Source: a virus
Taxonomy: Duplodnaviria > Heunggongvirae > Uroviricota > Caudoviricetes
IMG/VR virus record: IMGVR_UViG_3300036951_000304
Direction: 5' to 3' (one strand)
Length of the DNA stretch: 47,561 bases
Below are positions 27,659-36,356 of the stretch, in pieces (position 1 is the stretch's first letter; the number at the start of each line of letters is the position of its first letter). The notes under the pieces are model-generated. The model was not told where the DNA came from, did not search any database, and was given only the letters and a program-made list of their open reading frames with translations. The position numbers and the translations under genes are program-made.

Positions 27659-28596
27659 ACTGTAAACCTATAAATCCTGTCAATATTTTTTATAATTTCT
27701 GATCGTACATCAACATCGAGGGAACGAATAATTTCTTCCACTTCATCATCTGTATAATAATAGTGCATTGTCGTTTCCACTATCTTGTCCTCGCTCTTTG
27801 TCCAACGATCCCATTTGCCGCCACGATAACAAATTTCTTTTATTTTTTTTATGTCTCGATCTCTCCCAAGTTTTTTCAGTTCATTTATGTATATCCTGTT
27901 CTGGATATTTATCAGTTCCGGGCCTATATTACAGGCGTCCAAACCCATTTCAAATCTTTTCTTTATACCATCTCCAAGAAAGTCACAGTTATGTTCCTTG
28001 GAAAGCAGACCGTGTTTCTTACAGACATCAATCATTCTTCTGAAAACACCCTTGTCAAACCCGGCAATATTTGTACCATCAAATACTCTTGTCTTTCCCT
28101 GTATGACACCATATATAATTCTTCTTTCAAACAAATCTTCTCCAATCGTGTCTTTCAATTTTACAAGAAATTTATCAAATGTCTCTGCATCATATTCTTT
28201 TACCTTCTGTTCTGTCCCGACTTCATAATAGCATTCAAACCTATCGGAGATCATCAACGCCGTCATATCCACTACATTATCCATCTCGTATTCAAACCAC
28301 GGATCAATATGAATAATGGAAAACCCGGCCTTCAAATCCTCCAAAAGGGTCTTGTATACTTGTTGGCCGTGGAGATGATCCCTGCATAACATTACATTCG
28401 GTAAGCGGTTCTTTACATAATTGGAAAAACCGGCTGTCCTGAAGTCGTTCACATATCCGGTATTGTAATCAATCTGATGCCGAGTTACCGTGAAACCAAT
28501 ATTCGCACCCGTGTTTTGAATATACTCAATAACACAGGAAATGATTTCGGGGCTCATTGGGTTTATATATAATTTTGGTAGGTTAGCTCTCTCCAC
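27655..28596 (-). CDS. Tagatose-bisphosphate-aldolase-like (GatZ/KbaZ-like) TIM barrel
   Basis: CRDHLHG, IHIDPW, YEVGTEQ, KEHNCDFL, CNIGPEL motifs. Confidence 0.7.
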   Translation of the reverse strand: MERANLPKLYINPMSPEIISCVIEYIQNTGANIGFTVTRHQIDYNTGYVNDFRTAGFSNYVKNRLPNVMLCRDHLHGQQVYKTLLEDLKAGFSIIHIDPWFEYEMDNVVDMTALMISDRFECYYEVGTEQKVKEYDAETFDKFLVKLKDTIGEDLFERRIIYGVIQGKTRVFDGTNIAGFDKGVFRRMIDVCKKHGLLSKEHNCDFLGDGIKKRFEMGLDACNIGPELINIQNRIYINELKKLGRDRDIKKIKEICYRGGKWDRWTKSEDKIVETTMHYYYTDDEVEEIIRSLDVDVRSEIIKNIDRIYRFTV

Positions 28597-30137
28597 AGGC
28601 TATATCTCCCGAAGTAGTATAAAAAGATGTTGAGTGGGTAATTGTGAAGTGGTGACATATTGATCCATATAAGTGGTGTCAGGACATTTACCTTATCTTC
28701 CCTGAAACCGTTTTTCTTTATAAAGTCCAAAAGAATCCCCTGACATTTACAGAAAAGATTCTTCCGTAGAATATCACATTTTATATTGCTCGAACTCATT
28801 GAGATATCAAAAAACTTTCTTGATATAAGGTTGTGATCGAGAATAAGATTGTGGTTCATTTTTGCGAAGTCATAGTAGATATCACCATTCTCAAGATCAC
28901 CACCAAAGTCCTGACGCCAATCTATAAGTGTAAACGAACCGTGATTATATATTATGTTTTCAAGAATAAAGTCTCCGTGATACCCGTACATTTTGTTCGT
29001 ACATAAAAGGGTATCTGGTATTGATCCAAGAAGTTTCTCAACACTCGGTACTTCACAATCATTTATCTGCTCTGTTTTATCTCTCCTTCCCGTCTTTTGT
29101 GTAAAAAGTTGAAGTCGCTCTCTCGTTTTTTTATAGTAGAAATTTTTACTGACTTCATAGAAATCTCCACTTTCACCTTTATATTTCCACAAATTTTCCT
29201 TGGCCCACCAGAGAAGGTTGGAAAAAATCTGCTCGTTCACCATTTTTGATAGGGTCTCACCTTGAACCATCCTATATTTGTAGAAGTTGTCCCTCCTGCT
29301 TATAATGTCTGGAACAAGACCCCTGAGCAGTTTACTCCTTTCGATTCTCTTATCAATAATGTTTTTATCGTGAAAGAATTTTACCACAAACTCATCGAAT
29401 ATGTGAATAGACTCATCTTCCTTTTCCAATATTCCTGATATTCCACCAAGATGTTCTCTCGCCAGGTTGAGGGTTTTGATGTTTCCAATATCATACCACT
29501 CATTGAAAATGATAAGTTTGAACTCATTGTCCCTCATCAATTCCTGAGTAACGTGGACATCTGACAACTGGTTATTATCAGATTGCTGAAAATATATCTC
29601 ATCCGCAATCCTCCAAAATTCCTCATAGTCTTTTATACCGGCGAGACCAATATAAACATAGTCGTAGGTTGCTTCACCCTTTTCCCCAAGATCAATTACA
29701 TTTGAACCGAGTGCTTTTATCGTTCTGTAATCAGAGCTGTCACCCCTACAACTACCCCCAAGCCAATTGTGATTTGGTGGTGGAATCTGGTCATTTACAA
29801 TCGTGTCACACGCATGGAATATGAAGGGACATTGAAGGTGATCACGGGCCTGTAACATCGAATAGACAAGGCTTGATCCTTGACCTTCATACTTGTCAAT
29901 CTCAACGAATGTGATGTTTTTGTTGGGATATGAAATTGTCAGATAGTCCCTGACATGATTGGCGAAATATCCGATGGTCACAACCAGTTCGACATTATCA
30001 GGATATTTCTCAACAATATGGGAGAGTGCTGCTCGATCCCCCAAGGGAACGAGAGATTTGTTTGTATATTTTGTGATGGAACCAAGTCTTGAGCCTGTTC
30101 CACTTGTCGTTATAAGAACCTTATAATAACCTACCAT
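28563..30137 (-). CDS. Sugar-phosphate nucleotidyltransferase fused to an APH/choline-kinase-like domain
   Basis: N-terminal TTSGTGSRL...NKSLVP; C-terminal YHGDFILENI...IDWRQDFG. Confidence 0.85.
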   Translation of the reverse strand: MVGYYKVLITTSGTGSRLGSITKYTNKSLVPLGDRAALSHIVEKYPDNVELVVTIGYFANHVRDYLTISYPNKNITFVEIDKYEGQGSSLVYSMLQARDHLQCPFIFHACDTIVNDQIPPPNHNWLGGSCRGDSSDYRTIKALGSNVIDLGEKGEATYDYVYIGLAGIKDYEEFWRIADEIYFQQSDNNQLSDVHVTQELMRDNEFKLIIFNEWYDIGNIKTLNLAREHLGGISGILEKEDESIHIFDEFVVKFFHDKNIIDKRIERSKLLRGLVPDIISRRDNFYKYRMVQGETLSKMVNEQIFSNLLWWAKENLWKYKGESGDFYEVSKNFYYKKTRERLQLFTQKTGRRDKTEQINDCEVPSVEKLLGSIPDTLLCTNKMYGYHGDFILENIIYNHGSFTLIDWRQDFGGDLENGDIYYDFAKMNHNLILDHNLISRKFFDISMSSSNIKCDILRKNLFCKCQGILLDFIKKNGFREDKVNVLTPLIWINMSPLHNYPLNIFLYYFGRYSLWRELTYQNYI

Positions 30138-30516
30138 AATTATCCGCTAACCTCACAACATCATCCAGCTCATTTGTAGAACATTCAAGGTAAACAGCGG
30201 ATGTTTTCCCTATCATACGGTGGATCATGCCGGGTTCAATAATTCTATAATCACCTGCTTTGAGTTCTTCCTTTCTATCTTCCAAAATAAGATCAACAAT
30301 ACCACTCAAAATAAGAATCGTTTCGTGCTTCTGTTCGTGGTACTGGACACTTGTCATACCACCCTTTTCAATTTCAAGAATTTTTACAACATACCTATCG
30401 CTAATGAGAAGGACTTCTCTTCCCCAAGGCTTCTTTGTCTCTGCTTCCTCTCCTGTCAAATTTATCTTTATGGTGCCAGAGAATATGTCTTTTAGCAAAC
30501 GAAAGAAGTTCATCAT
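30121..30516 (-). CDS. Cupin (mannose-6-phosphate isomerase C-terminal-like)
   Basis: KKPWGREV, SVQYHEQKHET, PGMIHRM, STNELDDVVRLADNYGR. Confidence 0.85.
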   Translation of the reverse strand: MMNFFRLLKDIFSGTIKINLTGEEAETKKPWGREVLLISDRYVVKILEIEKGGMTSVQYHEQKHETILILSGIVDLILEDRKEELKAGDYRIIEPGMIHRMIGKTSAVYLECSTNELDDVVRLADNYGRLL

Positions 30517-30700
30517 TTTTACCCTCACACTTTTTTATCGTACCGTTATTTATCTTCAAATATTTCTTCTCCTGATCGTTATAACAGGCAATAATAGACT
30601 CATTCTGAGAAATTTTTGCAATAAATATGCCCTGAAATTTCTCATCAGTTACCCATTCACCTTGAGAAAAACTACCCTCCAAAAAATTTTTGAACAGCAT
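30401..30700 (-). CDS. Hypothetical protein with MLFKNFLE leader (3' end overlaps the cupin gene by about 116 nt)
   Basis: GAGGT RBS and leader motif; the long overlap lowers certainty about the C-terminus. Confidence 0.5.
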   Translation of the reverse strand: MLFKNFLEGSFSQGEWVTDEKFQGIFIAKISQNESIIACYNDQEKKYLKINNGTIKKCEGKNDELLSFAKRHILWHHKDKFDRRGSRDKEALGKRSPSH

Positions 30701-30706
30701 AATACC

Positions 30707-31042
30707 TCACTTTTTTTCTTTCCAGATATAAAAATATTGCGTATTTGTATGTTTTTCAAAATCTGAATCGAATTTCAGATCGTTATTATCACAAAAATCT
30801 ATAAGGTAGTTTGTCAATTCGTAAAAATCTTTATTGTAGAATATAAGAACTTGCGGGGGTTTCCAGACAATCTCAACTTCTCTTTCCTCTTCAGTATAGT
30901 CATCTGAAAACGATTTGAGTGTAATGACGGTGTTTCGGGGGCTCCTGACGATGGTTTTCAACATATTCTTATCCTGTGGAACCAGTTTATCCGATGCTTC
31001 CACAATCACATCCTTATACAGGTATTCATCAAATTTTGCCAT
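30707..31042 (-). CDS. Hypothetical protein (MAKFDEYL...VEA leader)
   Basis: 111-aa ORF in a tight operon. Confidence 0.7.
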   Translation of the reverse strand: MAKFDEYLYKDVIVEASDKLVPQDKNMLKTIVRSPRNTVITLKSFSDDYTEEEREVEIVWKPPQVLIFYNKDFYELTNYLIDFCDNNDLKFDSDFEKHTNTQYFYIWKEKK

Positions 31043-31043
31043 A

Positions 31044-31334
31044 TCAATCTGTCAACCTCTTTCCTGATTTTGTTTGTCTTACAGCTTCCTTATAAATGTC
31101 TGCCAATCTTTTGAGTGGTTCCTTGACATCCAGAATATATCTTATTGCTCCTTTATAAAAATCTCTGCTAAACCTATCGTGTTCATCCGTATAATCCTTA
31201 TATTGGAGCCTCTGGTAACTTCCGGAATATTCCTTTTCTTTCTTCTCAAGAAGGTCGAGAAGCTTTTCTGATAACTCTGCTATATCATTCTCTTCCCTAT
31301 ATGTCGCCTCTCTGATATAATCTTTCAGTTTCAT
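31044..31334 (-). CDS. Hypothetical helical protein (MKLKDYIREA leader)
   Basis: 96-aa ORF with a GAGGT RBS. Confidence 0.7.
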   Translation of the reverse strand: MKLKDYIREATYREENDIAELSEKLLDLLEKKEKEYSGSYQRLQYKDYTDEHDRFSRDFYKGAIRYILDVKEPLKRLADIYKEAVRQTKSGKRLTD

Positions 31335-31336
31335 CT

Positions 31337-31774
31337 CTACCTCACTATCGCCTTTTCTGGAATATCTCCCCTGTGCCAGATATTTCCTTCGGCTTGTCCT
31401 GTCAATCTCATATCCATCGGGTCAAGTTGAGCAAGGTCAACTTTCAACATACTCTTACCGTATGATATGGGGTCAGGTGACAACCACACTACCTTATCAA
31501 CCCTTCCACCAAAATCTGTATCCATTGCATCCTGTGACCCGTCAAGATTTCTGTTCTGATACGCCTTGATGCCTCTTTTTGTCTCTTGCCCTTTCGGTGG
31601 TCTGTGATAATAATACCTTTGCACGATATGTGGCCACCTTCCACGGGAGCTTCCGGCAATCATCGCCTGCTTATCAGGGTCAAAGTCTTTATACCATCCC
31701 TCAAACTTTTTCTGCCATTCCTTCTGTCTGGAACCTATCGGTCTACTTTCAACGAGGTAACCTTTCAATCTCAT
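31337..31774 (-). CDS. Possible ADP-ribosyltransferase/KptA-fold protein (MRLKGYLVES leader)
   Basis: YYYHR...VWLSPDP...LKVDL...EGNIWHRGDIPEKAI; spacing resembles ART-fold proteins. The ORF is solid, the function tentative. Confidence 0.5.
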   Translation of the reverse strand: MRLKGYLVESRPIGSRQKEWQKKFEGWYKDFDPDKQAMIAGSSRGRWPHIVQRYYYHRPPKGQETKRGIKAYQNRNLDGSQDAMDTDFGGRVDKVVWLSPDPISYGKSMLKVDLAQLDPMDMRLTGQAEGNIWHRGDIPEKAIVR

Positions 31775-32334
31775 CAATCCATATGCTCCATATTCGTATG
31801 TTTATAACCACTTGGTTTACCGTACATCACTATACCATAATGGTAGGATTTGTTTTCCTGATCAATATAAGCGTGCCATCTTGCATCAAGTTCATCATAT
31901 GTCAAATATGTTCTCTTTGGTGAGGCGGGATCTTCAAAATAAATCCTCTTATCATCATATCCTATTGCCACAACCCAATGTGCCCAATCCCATTCTTCGT
32001 TCCAATCTACAGGATTATCAGGCCACGCCTGAACCATCATCATTACCGGAATACCACGATCAATATACGATTTCAATTCGTCTATCGACATATTTTCCTT
32101 TTCTTCCGGTGTCAATCCATACTTTTGGGATGCCCTGACTATATCAGCCGGTTCCGCACCTATATTGGGATCAACATTCAAATCCTTTATAATGTCAGAC
32201 TCGCGATATTCCTTTCCATAATAAAAAAGAACTGATTGTAATACAGAGGCCCCACAATCGTAATCATAGGTCTGTCTCAATTCCGGAAATTCCATCAGCT
32301 TTATATTGTTTACGAAGATTGAAAATCTACTCAC
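31774..32334 (-). CDS. C39-like cysteine peptidase
   Basis: RQTYDYDCGASVL (Q..C), HWVVAIGYD (His), FEDP (Asp). Confidence 0.88.
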   Translation of the reverse strand: MSRFSIFVNNIKLMEFPELRQTYDYDCGASVLQSVLFYYGKEYRESDIIKDLNVDPNIGAEPADIVRASQKYGLTPEEKENMSIDELKSYIDRGIPVMMMVQAWPDNPVDWNEEWDWAHWVVAIGYDDKRIYFEDPASPKRTYLTYDELDARWHAYIDQENKSYHYGIVMYGKPSGYKHTNMEHMD

Positions 32335-33752
32335 TATTTCTCTCCTCCGTGGAGCTTCAATATATATTTATCAATTTCCTCTTGGTCTTGAACATTGTTA
32401 TCTATGGCCCATTCCGTGGCTTTCTTGATAATCTTACCTACTTGAGGGCCGGGTGATAGACCCGTCAGCTCCATTACCCTGTGACCGTCCACAACCTTCA
32501 TAATGTGATTGACCATCTTCTGGCCCCATTTCTTCTTTATCTCCACGGCAAGATCGACAATCTTCTCAAAATCATCCCTCGCCATAAATTTCTCTCCACG
32601 GGAAAATTCATCTGCTCTGGCTACCGCAACCAGTACATCCCAGTTTTCATCCCCAACCAGTTTGGCAATCTTACTTGGTTTCATACCGATGATTTTCTGG
32701 AACTTCATATGGTTCGCCACGGAGAAGAGGATGGCATCTCTTTCCTTGTTACTCAATCTCAATCTGTCTGCTATATCGTTTACCAGTTTGACGCCTTCTT
32801 CAGCGTGCTGATAGTATATCGGGCCTCTCTCATTATAGTCAAGAGTAACACCTTTACCTACATCGTGGAGAAGGATTGAAAGATTGATAAGTGGGTCTTT
32901 ACTCCTGCTGTTTTCCAGAGCGGAAAGAATGTGTTCCCACACATCACCCTCCGGATGAAATTCCTTGACGTGCGGCATACCTTTCAGTTTGGCTATCTCC
33001 GGTAGAATGATTTCCAGTATTCCCATCTCATCGAGATAGGTGAGATATTTGGCAAACTTATCCCCACCGGAACTGGCTGCCTTGAAGATTTCCTCTTTTA
33101 TTCTTTCGGCTGCAAGACCCTTTACCTTGTCTGCCAATTCCGTGGCCGCCTGTTTCGTTTTCGGGTCTATGGCAAACCCAAGGCGGGAGGCAAATCTTGC
33201 CGTCCTCATAATCCTCAAATAGTCCTCACCAAATCTATCGTGAGGATTTCCCACCGTCCTGATGACCTTGTTTTTTATGTCCTTCATCCCGTCGAAATAG
33301 TCGATGATGTTTCCCTCTGCATCAACAGCCATTGCGTTGATGGTGAAATCCCTTCGGGCGGCATCCGCCTCAAAGGAACCCACAATCTTCACGGTGTCGG
33401 GCCTTCTCCCATCCTTATATGTTCCATCCTCACGGAACTGAGCAACCTCATAACTGAAACCGCCTTCCCTGACCACGACCAGACCGAACTCCTTCGATTT
33501 ACCGATATCATATACTTTCCAGATTTTGGAAAGTTCTTCCATCGGCATATTCGTGGCAATGTCAATGTCCTTTGGTTTGTCACCGAGAACAATATCCCTG
33601 ACAGCCCCGCCAGTAATATAGGCCGAATATCCCCTTGATGTTATCTTTTTCAGAACAGAAACGGCACCACGAAGAATAGGTTCGGAATTATAATATTCCT
33701 TCCATTTTTCAAGTTGCTCGGCTTCAAGTAATAATCTTTTATGTAAATTCAT
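32334..33752 (-). CDS. cca: Class II CCA-adding tRNA nucleotidyltransferase with HD domain
   Basis: GGAVRD, KDIDIAT, DAARRDFTINAMA, EDYLRIMR, HPEGDVWEH, LLHDVGK. Confidence 0.95.
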   Translation of the reverse strand: MNLHKRLLLEAEQLEKWKEYYNSEPILRGAVSVLKKITSRGYSAYITGGAVRDIVLGDKPKDIDIATNMPMEELSKIWKVYDIGKSKEFGLVVVREGGFSYEVAQFREDGTYKDGRRPDTVKIVGSFEADAARRDFTINAMAVDAEGNIIDYFDGMKDIKNKVIRTVGNPHDRFGEDYLRIMRTARFASRLGFAIDPKTKQAATELADKVKGLAAERIKEEIFKAASSGGDKFAKYLTYLDEMGILEIILPEIAKLKGMPHVKEFHPEGDVWEHILSALENSRSKDPLINLSILLHDVGKGVTLDYNERGPIYYQHAEEGVKLVNDIADRLRLSNKERDAILFSVANHMKFQKIIGMKPSKIAKLVGDENWDVLVAVARADEFSRGEKFMARDDFEKIVDLAVEIKKKWGQKMVNHIMKVVDGHRVMELTGLSPGPQVGKIIKKATEWAIDNNVQDQEEIDKYILKLHGGEK

Positions 33753-34277
33753 TTATTCCCCAATATTCAGCCCTGCGGCTTCTGCATCATTTTCGGAGCC
33801 ATAGTGGTAATAATCCCTTTTGACATCTTCTATCCAACTATTATAATTACTGATATATTTTTTGAGCCATTCTGGTGATAACTCAAAACTGTATTCAGAC
33901 CAAAAATGTCCTTCACCTGGCGCAGTTATTTCCATCTTACCACTATTGTCTGATGTAATAAAGCCTGTAACATACTCCCTTGGTTCACCTTCCGGTGGAT
34001 ATAAAACAACTGGTTTCATATAACCCTTTTTGGCTAACCATCTTATCATATCAAGATGTATTTCTGCTCTGATTGGCCATACTATCAGTTTTTGTTCCTT
34101 TGGAGCAACAATAAATCTGAACCTCTTTACACCGGATGTTTTTACAAGGTTTTTCATTTCCATTGGTGTTGGATTGACATATATTTCACGATATTGTTCA
34201 CCTATCCTGAAACCGATATCACCTCTACCAGAGAAGGTCGCTAAATATTTTTCCTTCAAATATTTCTTCAGCCTCAT
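33753..34277 (-). CDS. Paralog family member 1 (MRLKKYLKEK)
   Basis: YVNPTPMEMKN...RFIVAPKEQKLIVW...IHLDMI...FS..WLKKYISN. Confidence 0.8.
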   Translation of the reverse strand: MRLKKYLKEKYLATFSGRGDIGFRIGEQYREIYVNPTPMEMKNLVKTSGVKRFRFIVAPKEQKLIVWPIRAEIHLDMIRWLAKKGYMKPVVLYPPEGEPREYVTGFITSDNSGKMEITAPGEGHFWSEYSFELSPEWLKKYISNYNSWIEDVKRDYYHYGSENDAEAAGLNIGE

Positions 34278-34681
34278 CAAAACATCCTCGCATCTTCCCT
34301 ATTGGAAAAATACTTGTCGAGCCACGCCCAACTGTCATCCAATTTCTTATCACCAAAAGTATCAGTAATTACCATCTTCGACCCACGCACTTCACACGAA
34401 CCAACCATCAGCGTGCCAGCGAGATATCTTTCAGTAATTGGAATGAGGCCCTTCTTTATCAAATGCTTCAACATAAAAGAGTGAATTTCAACTTCCTCAT
34501 CCCATACATAGAGATTTTTCTTATTTGGATCAGCAATAAATCTCATCCCGTTCAATTTGAATTGTTGCATATCCCGAGCATCCGGATTTACATAGATCGC
34601 CAATCTTTCATCCTCAAAGGTCTCTCCGGCGGGTAAATATGATCCGATATATTTTTCCTTCAGATATTTCTTGAGCCTCAT
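34277..34681 (-). CDS. Paralog family member 2 (MRLKKYLKEK)
   Basis: IYVNPDARDM...RFIADPNKKNLYVWD..IHSFML...WAWLDKYFSN. Confidence 0.8.
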   Translation of the reverse strand: MRLKKYLKEKYIGSYLPAGETFEDERLAIYVNPDARDMQQFKLNGMRFIADPNKKNLYVWDEEVEIHSFMLKHLIKKGLIPITERYLAGTLMVGSCEVRGSKMVITDTFGDKKLDDSWAWLDKYFSNREDARMF

Positions 34682-35175
34682 CCCTTTTCACCCCACTTGT
34701 GGTGAGTTCTCATCAATTCACCCGTATTACCAATATAGGCCATCACCCTGTCCATATTACTGAAATACTTTTCGACCCACTCCCATCCATCCGTTTGAAT
34801 ATGCTCAAAGTCTCTCATATTGTAACCAAGACCCCATTCAAATTTCATCTTGTCTCCGTCCGGTGAAGCAAATCCTGAAAATAAACTTTCCGGAAACCTT
34901 CCCCACTCATCTGCTGGAATTTTATCAATACTCTGAAGATACTCAAGGACGCAGGAATGAATACCCTCATCCTCCGATGCCCATATGAACATCTTTTTAT
35001 TCGGTGAAAATGCTATAAACTTTATCGTGGCCTCCGGAAACTGCTGTGACCTTGTATAAACATCGGGCATTTTTCTTATCTCTTCCGGTGTTGGATTTTC
35101 ATAGATGCGTGCTTTCGCACCGGCATACTTATAAAGACCCATATATTCCTCTTTCAGGTATCTCTTCAGCCTCAT
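34678..35175 (-). CDS. Paralog family member 3 (MRLKRYLKEE)
   Basis: GLYKYAG..IYENPTPEEIRKMP...IKFIAFS...MFIWAS..GIHSCVL...WEWVEKYFSNM; start reassigned (ATGA overlap). Confidence 0.8.
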   Translation of the reverse strand: MRLKRYLKEEYMGLYKYAGAKARIYENPTPEEIRKMPDVYTRSQQFPEATIKFIAFSPNKKMFIWASEDEGIHSCVLEYLQSIDKIPADEWGRFPESLFSGFASPDGDKMKFEWGLGYNMRDFEHIQTDGWEWVEKYFSNMDRVMAYIGNTGELMRTHHKWGEKG

Positions 35176-35906
35176 CCAGCTATAGCCTCCAATTCCCGTA
35201 TCCACTCTTTCGGAATATTCCAAGTTCTGATAACCCTGATAAATGCCGGATCGTTTTCAATCTGTTTTTTCAGCTTCCATCTGTAAAACTTGAGATAATT
35301 CTCCATAACCTCAATTACATCGCCGTATTTCTTGACTTCCCTTGTATTACTGATAATCTTGAGTTTACCCTTTGTCTCATTGATCAAACTTCCTACGGAA
35401 AGCAACCAGTAATAATCGACAATGACAATAACCTCACCCTTGGCTCCATCCGGAATTTTATTTGAGACCTTGTATCCCCCGACAACCTGATTTATCTTAT
35501 CATCGTCTACAGACTTCCATAGATTGTCATTCCTCTTGACTTGTGCCAAATCCCATATTTCCGGATTATAAAATGTAGTAAACGGGCCGATAGGAATAAA
35601 AACATACGGTGTACCAAAAAAGGCGGAATGGGGGAGGTCTGTAGTCGTAAAGACAGGAGAGCCGGGCAAATCCAGCTTCTCTATGACCCTTTCTGCACTC
35701 GGAAGGAAACTACCACGGAAACCCTCCCTGTCAGATTTTACCTTTACCATCCAACCGGAACCGTGAAAATCTGATCTCTTTGACCATCCCTTCCATAAAA
35801 CTGGATCACTCCTGTCCATCTTCTTGAGAAGATCAAGAACTTCATCAAAATTCCATTCATCCCTTCTGGACACCACACCTTCATTTATAAATCCCGATAG
35901 TCTCAT
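35172..35906 (-). CDS. Hypothetical protein, possibly ART-like (MRLSGFINEG leader)
   Basis: VLWKG...R..FRG...VFTTTD...AFFGTPYVFIP; pattern resembles an ART beta1-beta2 core. Confidence 0.5.
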   Translation of the reverse strand: MRLSGFINEGVVSRRDEWNFDEVLDLLKKMDRSDPVLWKGWSKRSDFHGSGWMVKVKSDREGFRGSFLPSAERVIEKLDLPGSPVFTTTDLPHSAFFGTPYVFIPIGPFTTFYNPEIWDLAQVKRNDNLWKSVDDDKINQVVGGYKVSNKIPDGAKGEVIVIVDYYWLLSVGSLINETKGKLKIISNTREVKKYGDVIEVMENYLKFYRWKLKKQIENDPAFIRVIRTWNIPKEWIRELEAIAG

Positions 35907-36356
35907 TTATGTTCTCGCCGCTTGTAAATTCGACCTGATATAGCTATATACTTTACCCATATTCAGGAAATACTTCGAAAGCCAACTCCAATCATATTCA
36001 CCAAAAACACTATACCCTCTTGTAAACTTCATCTGGCCGCTCTCAGGTATTGCGTATCCGGCAAAAACACCATCGGCCTCAAGAGACCACGCATCACGAA
36101 TTTTCCTTTTTGTGTGAAGATAGTCCAAAACATAATCGTGGATACCGCCATCACTTCTCCACATAAAAAGCTGCTCAGTTGGGGCATAGGCAATAAATCT
36201 TATTGTTTCATCCGGATTGATGTGTTTTTCGGATTTTTGAAAAGTGGGCATAAATCGTATCTCATTAGCATTCGGGTTCTCATATATTTCGGTATGTTCT
36301 CCCGCATACTTGTATATACCGATATATTCCTCTTGGAGATACTTTTTCAGCCTCAT
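35907..36356 (-). CDS. Paralog family member 4 (MRLKKYLQEE)
   Basis: GIYKYAG..IYENPNANEIRFMP...IRFIAY...LFMWRSDGGIHDYVL...WSWLSKYFLNM. Confidence 0.8.
   Translation of the reverse strand: MRLKKYLQEEYIGIYKYAGEHTEIYENPNANEIRFMPTFQKSEKHINPDETIRFIAYAPTEQLFMWRSDGGIHDYVLDYLHTKRKIRDAWSLEADGVFAGYAIPESGQMKFTRGYSVFGEYDWSWLSKYFLNMGKVYSYIRSNLQAART

Noticed and set aside
30401-30516. 116-nt overlap between a leader-bearing ORF and the cupin, as a possible frameshift or dual-coding signal
   Set aside because: Both have plausible RBSs and no slippery site was recognised. It is best treated as a start/stop ambiguity or C-terminal overrun until read or proteomic data exist.
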